64,000 bases of DNA from Octopus vulgaris (GCA_951406725.2 OX597842.1:34348001-34412000), one strand, 5' to 3'; counted from the first letter of the stretch, positions 1 through 12,587 are shown. Notes: generated by a model not told the origin, from the sequence alone. Program-made: numbers and translations.

Positions 1-142
1 TCTCATTTTTTTTTTCTACCCGGTTTCTACCCGGCTTTTAGTCAGCATTTCTTTGTCGGTTCCTTCACCTCTCCTTCTCTTCTTCTTTCCTTCCTTTCCT
101 TCCTCACCACTTCGGATAGTAAATAATTATTTCTTAGTTCGT

Positions 143-350
143 CCAAGATGGCGAGCTGGCAGAATCGTTAGCACCGCCGGGCAAAATGTTTGACGGCATA
201 TCGTATGTCGCTACGTTCTGAGTTCAAATTCCGCCGAGGTCGACTTTACCTTTCGGAGGTCGATAATATAAGTACCAGTTGTGCACTGGGATCGATGTGA
301 TCGAATGGCCCCACCACAAAAATCCAGGCTTTGTGCCTATAATAGAAAAT
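143..350 (+). mobile_element. tRNA-derived SINE, family A
   Basis: GGCGAGCTGGCAGAATCGTTAGCAC (A-box-like) ... GAGTTCAAATTCC (B-box), then GAGGTCGACTTT...GGTCGATAA..AAGTACCAG body, ending in a (TTA)n tail; the same head recurs at 383, 915, 7906, 36428 and inverted at ~747 and ~32180. Confidence 0.85.
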
Positions 351-351
351 A

Positions 352-382
<31 letters not shown>

Positions 383-840
383 CAAGATGGCGAGCTGGCA
401 GAATCGTTAGCACCGCCGGGCAAAACGTTTGGCGGCATATCGTACGTCGCTACGTTCTGAGTTCAAATTCCGCCGAGGTCGACTTTACCTTTTGTCCTAT
501 CGGATATAAGTACCTATTTCTTTACTGCCCACAAGGGGCTAAACACAGAGAGGACAAACAAGGACAGACAAACGGATTAAGTCGATTATATCGACCCCAG
601 TGCGTAACTGGTACTTAATTTATCGATCCCGAAAGGATGAAAGGCAAAGCCGACCTCGGCGGAATTTGAACTCAGAACGTAACGGCAGACAAAATGCGGC
701 TACGCATGTCGCCCGGCCTGCTAACGTTTCTACCAGTTCGCTGCCTTTCGGATATAAGTACCAGTTATGCACTGGGGTTGATGTGATCGATTGTCCCCCA
801 CCACAAAAATCCAGACCTTGTGCCTATAATAGAAAATATT
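383..840 (+). mobile_element. SINE family A, interrupted by an antisense SINE
   Basis: Head at 383-495 is near-identical to 143-250; body resumes after 762 (AGTTATGCACTGGGGTTGATGTGATCG...ATAGAAAATATT) and ends in (TTA)n. Confidence 0.8.
515..747 (-). mobile_element. SINE family A (antisense, nested) with 15-bp TSD
   Basis: Reverse complement of a family A copy, flanked by direct repeats TCGGATATAAGTACC at 500-514 and 748-762. Confidence 0.85.
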
Positions 841-841
841 G

Positions 842-914
<73 letters not shown>

Positions 915-1105
915 CAAGTCGGTGAGCTGGCAGAATCGTTAGCACGCCGGACAAAATGTTTAGCAGTATTTCGCCCGTCTGCTACGTTCTGAGTTCAAAT
1001 TCCGTCGAAGTCGACTTTGTCTTTCACTCTTTCGGTGTCGATAAATAAGTTCCAGTGAAACATTGGGGTCTATATAATTGACTAGACCCTCCCCTAAAAC
1101 TATAG
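915..1105 (+). mobile_element. SINE family A
   Basis: GGTGAGCTGGCAGAATCGTTAGCACGCCGG...GAGTTCAAATTCC...GTCGATAAATAAGTTCCAGT. Confidence 0.8.
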
Positions 1106-1115
1106 GAGAAAGAAG

Positions 1116-1222
<107 letters not shown>

Positions 1223-1228
1223 ATGTAT

Positions 1229-1645
1229 ATAGGAGTGGCTGTGTGGTAAGTAGCTTGCTTACCAACCACATGGTTCCGGGTTCAGTCCAACTGCGTGGCA
1301 CCTTGGGCAAGTGACTTCTACTATAGCTTCGGGCCGACCAAAGCCTTGTGAGTGGATTTGGTAGACGGAAACTGAAAAGAAGCCTGTCGTATATATGTAT
1401 ATATATATATATATGTATGTATGTGTGTGTTTGTGTGTCTGTGTTTGTCCCCCCAACATCGCTTGAAAACCGATGCTGGTATGTTTATGTTCCCGTAACT
1501 TAGTGGTTCGGCAAAAGAACCGATGTAATAAATAGTAATCTTACAAAGAATAAGTCCTGGGGTTGATTTACCCGACTAAAGACGATGCTCCAGCATGACC
1601 ACAATCAAATGACTGAAACAAGTAATAGAGTAAAAGAGTAAAGAG
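1229..1645 (+). mobile_element. tRNA-derived SINE, family B (CORE-like), full length
   Basis: TGGCTGTGTGG A-box, GGTTCAGTCC B-box, CORE-like GGCACCTTGGGCAAGTG, internal (TA)/(TG) tract, tail CCAGCATGACCACAATCAAATGACTGAAACAAG followed by (TAAAAGAG)-type repeats. Confidence 0.85.
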
Positions 1646-1942
1646 TATATATATATTATCAGAACTGTTTTAAATAAATAAATAGACATAATATAATGTC
1701 TAAAAGCTGATGAATACTACCCCTGGATTCCCTCCATTTTCTTCTTGCCGTATAAATTAAGGGTAAAAACCACTTATTACCCTCACCCAGGTATTATACT
1801 CAGTAATGCAATTGCCACGCAGTAAGCAACACTTGTGTAATAATTGGGTATTCTACCAGTAGTATATTGGATATATACTATCCCTTAGTTGGTTGCACTC
1901 ACAACCTCAAACCCTCTTTGAATTATATGTGTGTGTGTGTAT

Positions 1943-1985
<43 letters not shown>

Positions 1986-2006
1986 TGTATGTGTGTGTGT
2001 GTGTAG

Positions 2007-2187
2007 TTGGGATTTACAGAAAAACAAAAGATGAAGACAGGTGTAAAAACAACAAGCAGGTGTATTAGTTTGACACTCGGGAAGGTGAGAAAGTCTTTTA
2101 CATTTCGAGCCTACGCTCTTCAACAGAAAGGAACACGAGGAAATAAACAGAGAGAGAATAAAAAAAAACCTTTTGGAGCTAGCGGAT
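2007..2187 (-). mobile_element. Short non-autonomous element with minimal hammerhead-like motif (family H1), antisense copy
   Basis: Reverse complement of the unit at 2325-3085; motif CTTT-CTGTTGA-A-GAGC GTAG GCTC-GAAAT-GTA-AAAG at 2092-2131; flanked by (TG)n on both sides. Confidence 0.7.
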
Positions 2188-2319
2188 GTGTGTGTGTGTG
2201 TGTGTGTGTTATTCAGTTTTATTTCAAGATTTCTTGCCAAAGAGCCGGTTTGTAACCTAGATCCAAGGCTCCTTCGTTAGAATTTCAACATCAACAACAA
2301 GGCATTTTTGTATGTAGGC

Positions 2320-2521
2320 AGAACGCCATGATAGATCGTTAGCTCCTACACGCATTTTTTTCTCTCCTTGTTTTTTTTTTCTGTGTATCTTTCTGTTGAA
2401 GAGCGTAGGCTCGAAACGTTAAAGACTTGTTTTATTTCTATTCCTGAGCCCCATACTAATACAATTGTTTGTTTGTACTCCACCTGCCTTCGTCTTTTGT
2501 TGATTTTCGCAAACCTTCCCG

Positions 2522-2557
<36 letters not shown>

Positions 2558-3085
2558 ATTCGTTAGCTCTTGCACGCATTTTTTCTCTCCTTGTTTCTTT
2601 TCTGTGTATCTTTCTGTTGAAGAGCGTAGGCTCGAAACGTAAAAGACTTTTTCTATTTCTATTCCTGAGCGCCATACTAATACAATTGTTTGTTTGTACT
2701 CCACCTGCCTTCGTCTTTTGTTTATTTTCGTAAACCTTCCCGTTATATTAGAAAATACTCTCTTATACACACACGCACCTTCATGTTGGGGCGAAGTCAC
2801 TTGACTCTGTTATCTCCCCTACTATCCCTCTAGCGTCTAACGTCTGACTTCTGACCTCGGCCTGAAGTCAGAACGCCATGAGGGACCGTTAGCTCCTACA
2901 CGCATTTTTTTCTCTCCTTGTTTCTCTCCGAATTTTTTTTCTGTGTATCTTTCTGTTGAAGAGCGTAGGCTCGAAACGTAAAAGACTTGTTTTATTTCTA
3001 TTCCTGAGTGCCATACTAATACAATTGTTTGTTTGTACTCCACCTGCCTCTGTCTTTTGTTTATTTTCGTAAACCTTCCCGTTAT
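2320..3085 (+). repeat. Three head-to-tail copies of a ~190-bp hammerhead-like element (family H1)
   Basis: Near-identical units at ~2320-2523, ~2558-2745 and ~2868-3085, each with TCTTT-CTGTTGA-A-GAGCGTAGGCTC-GAAAC-GT(T/A)-AAAGA at 2388-2425, 2609-2646 and 2948-2985; copies 1 and 2 are separated by (TA)n. Confidence 0.85.
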
Positions 3086-3839
3086 TTTTGTATGAATGTA
3101 TGTATGTATATGAGCAGATTTGTATGTTTCGTTTTATGTATGTATTCTTATGCATATACTTGCATATCTACACATGCTCATATATATTTAAATGATAAAC
3201 TTCTGGAAAGTTTTACAGATTTTTACAGTTCCAGTGAGGGATTGGATCTGTAGTCTTTGAATTAGCTTTCTCCTTTCTGGTTTTAAGACAGAGAGAGACA
3301 GACAGACAGACAGACAGAGACAGAGAGACAAGGTGAGTCAGAGAAGGGTGAAGGGATGGAGATAGAGAGACAGGGAGAGTTAGAGAGGGAGGGAGGGAGA
3401 TAGAGAGAGAGAGACATAAATACGCACACACCCACACACACAGAAACAGACACACAGACGAAAATATCTTGTAATAGCGGCCCACGGAGATAATTGGTGT
3501 TGCAGTGGCACTCGAACCGACGCCACCCAGCGCGGAGATTGCGTTAGGATCAGGTTTAATGAGTTTTAAGGGAGGGAGTGCGGTGCAAGGAGGGCTGGGG
3601 GCGTGGCGACGGCGAAGAAGAAGAAGAAGAAGAAGGTGGAGGTGGAGGGATAGGGTAGCGGTAATTGGGTTGAGATGATGAAGTGTTATTGTGTGGCGGA
3701 GTGGGAAGGAGGGTGGGTCGAGTAGGGTGTCGTACGCGGTGATGGTCGTGAGGTGGAGGGCTGAACGATGGGCGGGGAAGCGCCCACACAAACACGCGCA
3801 GGAACAATGGATTAAGCAAGTGGTGGCACTGCTAATTGT

Positions 3840-3867
3840 AGTTGTGGTGGTGGTCGTCGTGGTGCTG

Positions 3868-3914
<47 letters not shown>

Positions 3915-4990
3915 GGTGGTGGTGGTGGTGGTAGTGGTTGTGGTTGTAGTAGAAGTAGTAGTAGTAGTAATAGTGGTGGTGGTTGTGGTGGTAGTGGTAG
4001 TAGTAGTAGTAGAAGTAGTAGTAGTAGTAATAGTGGTGGTGGTAGTAATAGTAGTGGTGGTGGTATTGGTGATGGTGGTAGTGGTGGAAGTAGTAGTACC
4101 AGCAGCAGCAGCAGTAGTAGTAGTAGTCGTAGTAGTACTAGTAGTAGTAGCAGTAGTAGTTGAGTGGTGTGCTGAAGTGTTGTGGTGGATGAGCGGGGGG
4201 CGGGAGGCGTGATGGAACGGTGTTGGCTTTCATTGCATTAAAACGTGATTAGAATCGGGGCTGGGGTGAGGTTGCAGTGGTGGTGGTGGTGGTTGTAGTG
4301 GTGGTGGTGGTGGTTGTAGTGGTGGTGGTGGTTGTATTGGTGGTGGTGTTGGTGGTGGTTGTTGTGGTGGTGGTTGAGTGGTGGTAGTGGTGGTGGTGGT
4401 GGTGGTGGTTGTAGTGGTGGTGGTGGTGGTTGTAGTGGTGGTGGTGGTGGTTGTGGTGGTGGTGGTGGTGGTGGTGGTGGTGGTGGTGGTGGTGGTGGTG
4501 GTTGTTGTGGTGGTGGTTGAGTGGTGGTGGTGTGGTGGTGGTGGTGGTAGTGGTGGTGGTGGTGGTGGTGGTTGTAGTGGTGGTGGTGGTGGTTGTAGTG
4601 GTGGTGGTGGTGGTTGTAGTGGTGGTGGTGGTGGTGGTGGTGGTGGTTGTAGTGGTGGTGGTGGTGGTAGTGGTGGTGGTGGTGGTATGGTAGTGGTGGT
4701 GGTGGTGGTGGTGGTGGTGGTGGTGGTGGTGGTTGCAGTGGTGGTGGTAGTGGTGGTGGTAGTGGTGGTGGTGGTGGTGGTGGTGGTTGCAGTGGTGGTG
4801 GTGGTGGTTGCAGTGGTGGTGGTGGTGGTGGTGTTGCAGTGGTGGTGGTAATTGTGGTGGTGGTAGTGGTGGTGGTGGTGGTGGTGGTGGTGTTGGTGGT
4901 GGTGGTTGTAGTGATGGTAGTGGTGGTTGTGGTGGTGGTGGTGGTGGTATTGGTGGTGGTGGTTGTAGTGGTGGTTGTGGTGGTGGTGAT
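3840..4990. repeat. Compound (GTG/GTA/GGT)n triplet microsatellite
   Basis: Directly visible; source of the poly-V/G/W/T/P/H ORFs. Confidence 0.95.
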
Positions 4991-5699
4991 AGTGATCATA
5001 TTTATATACATATATGTAACGGTGGTGCTCTAGCATGGTCGCAGCTCTCGAATTGAAACCAGACACACGCACACACATACGAAGACACGCATACATACAC
5101 ATATGTACTTACAAACACATACATACAACCAACCACAAAGACGCACACACACACACGCACACACACACATATGTACACACAAACACATACATACACCCAA
5201 ACACGAACACACACACACACGCATACACACACACACACAAACACACACATACACAAACACACACACACACGCATACACACACACACACAAATACACACAC
5301 ACGTACACACACACATATGTACACACAAACACATACATACATACACCCAAACACGAAAACACACACATACACACACACACGCATACACACAAACACACGC
5401 ACACACAAACGCATACACACACACACACACACACACACACCGCATTACATTCACTTGACTAACCCGAGACATTCACATAACCCCTAACATATAATAACAA
5501 CGCCTTAAAATCCCTAAAAATATCCTTTTCCACACCACTGAACATTGTTACCCCTGTCTAATACCTGCGCCTTCTACGTCCACCCCACAACATGTACCCG
5601 AGGGGAACATCTACGTGGTCGGATCAAAATGCTAGAAATAGTAACTAAAACGTTGCGGATAATTCAACGTATTGTCTTAAATACTGAAATACGACATTG

Positions 5700-6250
5700 C
5701 ATAATTGTAATCCTAGATACACTACGCCTGAGTAAAAGACAGGGTGGTCACAGGTAGAACGTCTTTGATCATAGGTGTGTCTGGACCACGACTGACCTGG
5801 GGCTAAACAGAAACTATAGACACCAATACTAACTACTATACTATACATTAGATAATGTAGTCCTAGATACACTATGCCTGAATAAAAGATGGGATGGTCA
5901 CGGCTGGAACATCTTTGATCATAGGTCTGTCTGGATCAGGACTGACCTGGGGCTAAACAGCAACTATAACCACTAATACCAACTACTATACTATACATTA
6001 GATAATGTAGTCCTAGATACACTATGCCTGAATAAAAGAGGGGAAGGTCACGGCTGGAACATCTTTGATCAGAGGTTAGTCTGGATCAGGACTGACCTGG
6101 GGCTAAACGACCACTATAGCCACTAATACTAAATACTATACATTAGATAAAGTAGTCCTAGATACACTATGCCTCAATGAAAGATGGGATGGTCACGGCT
6201 GGAACATCTTTGATCGGAGGTCTGTCTACTGGATCAGGACTGACCTATGG
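5700..6250 (+). repeat. Tandem repeat, ~150-bp unit, about 4 copies
   Basis: TCCTAGATACACT at 5711, 5861, 6011 and 6156 (periods 150, 150, 145); each unit contains GGTCACGGCTGGAACATCTTTGATC...GACTGACCTGGGGCTAAAC or a close variant. Confidence 0.9.
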
Positions 6251-6804
6251 TTAAATATAAACTAGAATACGAACCACCATCACCACCATCACCACCACCA
6301 CCGCCGCCACCAATTGCTTTTGGTGCTTCTGGGTGGTCTATTAACCCGCTAGAAATAGCAGCCGATCCTCTGTCCCTGATTCAACTCGTCGAGCAATGTG
6401 TGGGGTGGGAGGGGCTACGGGGAATAAAATACAAGGCGTGATGGTCACGGCTGGAGTCACCTTTAATCAAATGTCTTGTCTGCTTGCTCGGAACTTACTT
6501 GGTACCAAACAACAACGCACACACACATACACACACACATACATACATACACACACACATACATACATACACACATACACACACATACATACACACACAC
6601 ATACACATACACATACGCACGCATGCACATGCACACATTCACACACACATACACACATACACATAAACATACGCATACACACACAGACACACATACACAT
6701 AGACATACAAACACACACATAACACACACATAATACACACATGCACACATACATACCCACGAACACACACGAACACAAACACACACATGCACACACGTAC
6801 ACAT

Positions 6805-6835
<31 letters not shown>

Positions 6836-7033
6836 TGCACACACGTACACACACGTACACACGTTACATACACACACACACATACATGAGGTCATTCTCG
6901 CCCTTCTGATTTTATCGTTTCTGGGACACGGGGGGAGGGTCATGATGGAAGGGTGGTGGGGGTGGTATTTATGAGTTTTCGTTCCGTCGTGAAAATTAGG
7001 GGCCACAGCGTAATTGGCGGTCGTATTAGACGC

Positions 7034-7052
7034 CAGCTCCACCTAGTGGCGT
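7034..7052 (-). promoter_or_regulatory. Candidate CTCF-binding site
   Basis: Minus strand ACGCCACTAGGTGGAGCTG closely matches the CTCF core consensus CCAC(C/T)AG(G/A)(T/G)GGC(G/A)C, with one C>A difference; lies in a CpG-rich unique island. Confidence 0.55.
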
Positions 7053-7089
7053 TTTATGATGACGTTGACATGTCATCGCTGCCTTTTGA

Positions 7090-7259
7090 GTGATGATGAA
7101 GTCGATGAAGACGATGATGAAGTCGATGAAGACGATGATGATGATGGTGATGATGACGATGATGATGATGGTGACGATGACGACTACGAAGAGGATGATG
7201 ATGATGATTCTGATGATGTCTATAATTATGATGACGTTTATGATAGTGATGATGATGAC

Positions 7260-7292
<33 letters not shown>

Positions 7293-7560
7293 AATGATGA
7301 TGATAATGATGATGATGATGATGATGTCGGTTTGGATGGTGATGATGTTGATGATGATGATGATGAAGAAGAAGAAGAAGAAGAAGAAGAAGAAGAAGAG
7401 GATGGCAATCATGACAATGACGACAACGACGACGACAAGGAAGAGCAGGAGGAGGAGAGGGGGAGGGATAACAATAACGATGACGATGGTGATGATGATG
7501 ATGAGGAGGAGGGGGAGGAGGAGGAATGAGAAGAAGAAGAAGAAGAAGAAGAAGAAGAAG

Positions 7561-7590
<30 letters not shown>
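7090..7590. repeat. Compound (GAT)n/(GAA)n/(GAG)n microsatellite
   Basis: Directly visible. Confidence 0.95.
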
Positions 7591-7592
<2 letters not shown>

Positions 7593-8196
7593 GAACCTTT
7601 TCTTTATCAGCCACAAGGACCGGCAAAAGTAAGATTGGACATTACAAACCATGACGGACAAAGTGGGGTTACATAAAATGTCTTGTAAAAAGTCGATAAC
7701 AATGAAAACTATAAAAAAGAAAATGTCTAAAAAAGAACAAACAACTCAGGGTTATTCATGGAGGCCCCACGAAAAATCGACAAGCCCCGACCACTTGGGC
7801 AATAGCCCTCTCCCCATTTCTCTCTCTCTCCCTCACCCTCTCAGCCTTGGAAACTCAAAAGCGCATGCTCAGAGTAGGCCCGTTGGCACGGACCATATTG
7901 GCCACGGCGAGCTGGCAGAAACGTTTGCACACCGAGCGAAATGCGTAGCCGTATTTCGTCTGCTGTTACGTTCTGAGTTCAATTTCCGCCGAGGTCGACT
8001 TTGCCTTTCATCCTTTCGGGGTCGATAAATTAAATACCAGTTACGCACTGCGGTCGATGTAATCGACTGATCCATTTGTCTGTCCTTGTTTGTCCCCTCT
8101 GTGTTTAGCCCCTTGTGGGTAGCAAAGAAATACATATTGGCCACATTCACCCAATTTTCAACAAATTTGCTGGAAGTCAGCACTTCTCTCTCAACC
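7591..8196 (-). mobile_element. 3' end of a Tx1/L1-type non-LTR retrotransposon, split by a SINE
   Basis: With the SINE removed the minus strand reads VEREVLTSSKFVENWVNVANMVRANGPTLSMRF* (stop at 7855-7857), homologous to VERQVLSSECFKKRWVNVARMARMNDEATLSIVL* at 42333; the 3' UTR ends TGTGGCTGATAAAGAAAGG and runs into (TTC)n. Confidence 0.75.
7906..8132 (+). mobile_element. SINE family A, full length, 12-bp TSD
   Basis: Flanked by CATATTGGCCAC at 7894-7905 and 8133-8144. Confidence 0.9.
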
Positions 8197-8294
8197 CCAG
8201 GTATAATTACAGGTATAAACTTGAAATTGTAATCTGGGTAAAGTAACTGGAGATTTCTCAATTGTTCAGCATAGGTGTTCTCTTTTTCACTGAA
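8197..8294 (-). pseudogene. Fragment of a restriction-like-endonuclease (R4/Dong/NeSL-type) retrotransposon ORF
   Basis: FSEKENTYAEQLRNLQLLYPDYNFKFIPVIIPG resembles the K..KY..L...L.......iiP.iiG segment that follows the RLE catalytic motif; short, recognised by motif memory only. Confidence 0.5.
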
Positions 8295-8307
8295 TGTATG
8301 TATGTAT

Positions 8308-8776
8308 GAGTGACCACCTGGCCACTGGTGGTGGTGTAACACACCATACTAATCATATCTGTCGGGCATTTGAAAGAGAGTGTAATTCGGCAGGAGGACT
8401 TAAACGACATCATCATCATCATTGTTCGACCGTGGTCGAGACAATGGAATTTACTATGTTACGCCATACTTCACGGTCCATCATAGCATTACGGAGGTCC
8501 TGTTGCTGGATGCCTGTATCCCTGGAGATTACATCAGGGTAGGAGAGTGTGCGCCCTCTGGTATTGCGAGTAGATGCAAAGGTACTAACGACATGCAAAG
8601 GTACATGAAGCCCAGTTACAACTACAGCCGGCTATTACCAGTAAATGTCTTTGTTGCCAATTGTGTACAAGACATTGTAGATCTTTAGCTGGGCTAAAAA
8701 GTCACATTCGATCACAGCATCAATAACAGTTAAGTTTCGTGCAATGGCCATACTCGATAACGAGGGAGCAGCCATC
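8308..8776 (+). mobile_element. 3' end of an RTE-type LINE with two C2H2-like zinc fingers, interrupted at ~8411-8595
   Basis: Joining across the insertion at the duplicated AACGACAT gives HICRAFERECNSAGGLKRHAKVHEAQLQLQPAITSKCLCCQLCTRHCRSLAGLKSHIRSQHQ*; a short 3' UTR runs into (ATGT)n. Confidence 0.7.
8408..8576 (-). mobile_element. 3' end of a second RTE/RTE-X-type LINE (antisense, nested)
   Basis: STRNTRGRTLSYPDVISRDTGIQQQDLRNAMMDREVWRNIVNSIVSTTVEQ* (RGR..Y.D....DTG....M.DR..WR motif) ending directly in a (TGA)n tail. Confidence 0.75.
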
Positions 8777-9058
8777 ATGTATGTATGTATGTATGTATGT
8801 ATGTATGTATGTATGTATGTATGTATGTATGCATGCATGTATATATGTATGTATGTATGTATGTATGTGTGTATGTATGTTTGTATGTATGTATGCATGT
8901 ATGTATGTATGTATGTATGTATGTATGCATGTATGTATGCATGTATGTATGCATGTATGTATGTATGTATGTGTGTGTGTATGTATATATGCATGTATGT
9001 ATGTATTATGTATGTATGTATGTATGTATGTATATATGTATGTATGTATATATGTATG

Positions 9059-9092
<34 letters not shown>

Positions 9093-9644
9093 TGTATGTA
9101 TGTATGTATGTGTGTATGTATGTTTGTATGTATGTATGTATGCATGTATGTATGTATGTATGTATGTATGCATGCATGTATATATGTATGTATGTATGTA
9201 TGTATGTGTGTATGTATGTTTGTATGTATGTATGCATGTATGTATGTATGTATGTATGTATGTATGCATGTATGTATGTATGTATGTATGTATGTATGTA
9301 TGTATGTATGTGTGTGTATGTATATATGCATGTATGTATGTATTATGTATGTATGTATGTATGTATGTATATATGTATGTATGTATATATGTATGTATAT
9401 AGGTATGTATGTATGTATGTATGTATGTATGTATGTATGTGTGTGTGTATGTTTGTATGTATGTATGTATGCATGTATGTATGTATGTATGTATGTATGC
9501 ATGTATGTATGCATGTATGTATGCATGTATGTATGTATGTATGTGTGTGTGTATGTATGTATGTATGTATGTGTGTGTATGTGTGTATGTATATATGTAT
9601 GTATGTATTATGTATGTATGTATGTATGTATGTATGTATGTATG

Positions 9645-9678
<34 letters not shown>

Positions 9679-9711
9679 TATATGTATGTATGTATTATGT
9701 ATGTATGTATG

Positions 9712-9745
<34 letters not shown>

Positions 9746-10074
9746 TATATGTATGTATGTATGTATGTATATATGTATGTATGTATATATGTATGTATGT
9801 ATGTATTTATGTATATATGTATGTATGTAGGTATGTATGTATGTATATATGTATGTATGTATTTATGTATGTATGTATGTATGTATGCATGAATGTATGT
9901 ATGTATGTATGCGTGTATGTATGCATGTATGTATGTATGTATGTATGCATGAATGTATGTATGTATGTATGCGTGTATGTATGTATGTATGTATGTATGT
10001 ATGCATGTATGTATGTATGTATGTATATATGTATGTATGTATGTATTATGTATGTATGTATGTGTGTATGTATG

Positions 10075-10108
<34 letters not shown>

Positions 10109-10150
10109 TGTATGTATGTAGGTATGTATGTATGTATGTATGTATGTATG

Positions 10151-10184
<34 letters not shown>

Positions 10185-10225
10185 TGTATGTATGTATGTA
10201 TGTATGTATGTATGTACGTATGTAT
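8777..10225. repeat. ~1.45-kb (TATG)n tetranucleotide array
   Basis: Directly visible; source of the MYVC/HTYI ORFs. Confidence 0.97.
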
Positions 10226-10877
10226 GGCCATCTTATATATCGTACTAACACACTCAATTTATAGGTCAGTTACTACAGATTTTGTCCTGATATAACATCT
10301 CTTATGGCCATGCTGTATTAAAAAAAGTACAAATAAAATCGAAGATAGATGAAAACTCGTCATAGCAGCGGCCAAGGAAAGCGTCAGATGTATTTCAACC
10401 CAGTTGAGCCTTTTCAACGGAGCGGACACACAGCTAGCTGCATGCTCGGCCGAAAGGAACAAGCGAAGAAATCATTCACTGATGTGGCAAGCAGCTGTCC
10501 AACTGAATAAAAATCCGGTATACGCAACTGGAGTGGTGTTTAATTAAAATCACCACCTGTGTATCATATTTAATTTATATACATTGTTGCTAAGGAGATA
10601 TTTACAGTTATAACATCGCTTACGGAGCTCGTGTGATAAAGACAAGAATTTTCGCTTCACTTCTACATTTGTTGCGTAAGAGATATTATCTCTGGACAAA
10701 TATACCAGAAACTGGCTCATCAAAAGTGTATGCGTTAGGTATGATACACAAATGGCTATTTTGATTAAATACTGTTATAGATACGTATACAAAATATATA
10801 ACATATATATTATTATATATATACATGCAGGAAGATAGAAAGGCAATACACAGTGAGAAAAAAGAAAGAAAGAAACG

Positions 10878-11942
<1,065 letters not shown>

Positions 11943-12340
11943 AAGTATATACGTGCATACATATATGCATATATGCACACGCATATCCATACATAGGGTG
12001 ATACAGAGAAACTCACACATCCACGCATACACACCCATCCTTGTACATACACATACTAACAATATACACACACGCACACACAAACACACACACACCAACA
12101 TATATAGACCACTAATTATACAAACTCGCCGACACCTATATCCATACACATATTTATCCATTTAGCACAAACATCTGTACATGTATACACACATACATAG
12201 GCGCGCACACACACACATATGTGTGTGTGTGTGTGTATATAAATGAATATATATATATATGTAAGTATATGTATATATATACATATACACATATATATGC
12301 ACACATTTATATGTATGTATATACATATATAAATATATAA

Positions 12341-12389
<49 letters not shown>

Positions 12390-12478
12390 TACACACACAA
12401 ATTCATATACATACATACAAACGTTAATAGCTACAACAAATGCTCGTGCATACAACACAGACATACATACATACATAT

Positions 12479-12587
<109 letters not shown>

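Noticed and set aside
1707-1865. CTGATGA followed by ATACTAC...GTAGTAT (hammerhead 5' half plus possible stem II)
   Set aside because: No GAAA or stem III after the stem; at best a dead remnant.
5700-6250. CRISPR-like periodicity
   Set aside because: Whole units are repeated with no unique spacers; eukaryotic context with no cas genes.
7056-7529. Acidic poly-D/E ORF (likewise 46030-46374 and 52569-53084)
   Set aside because: (GAT)n/(GAA)n microsatellites open in several frames on both strands, with no splice or domain support.
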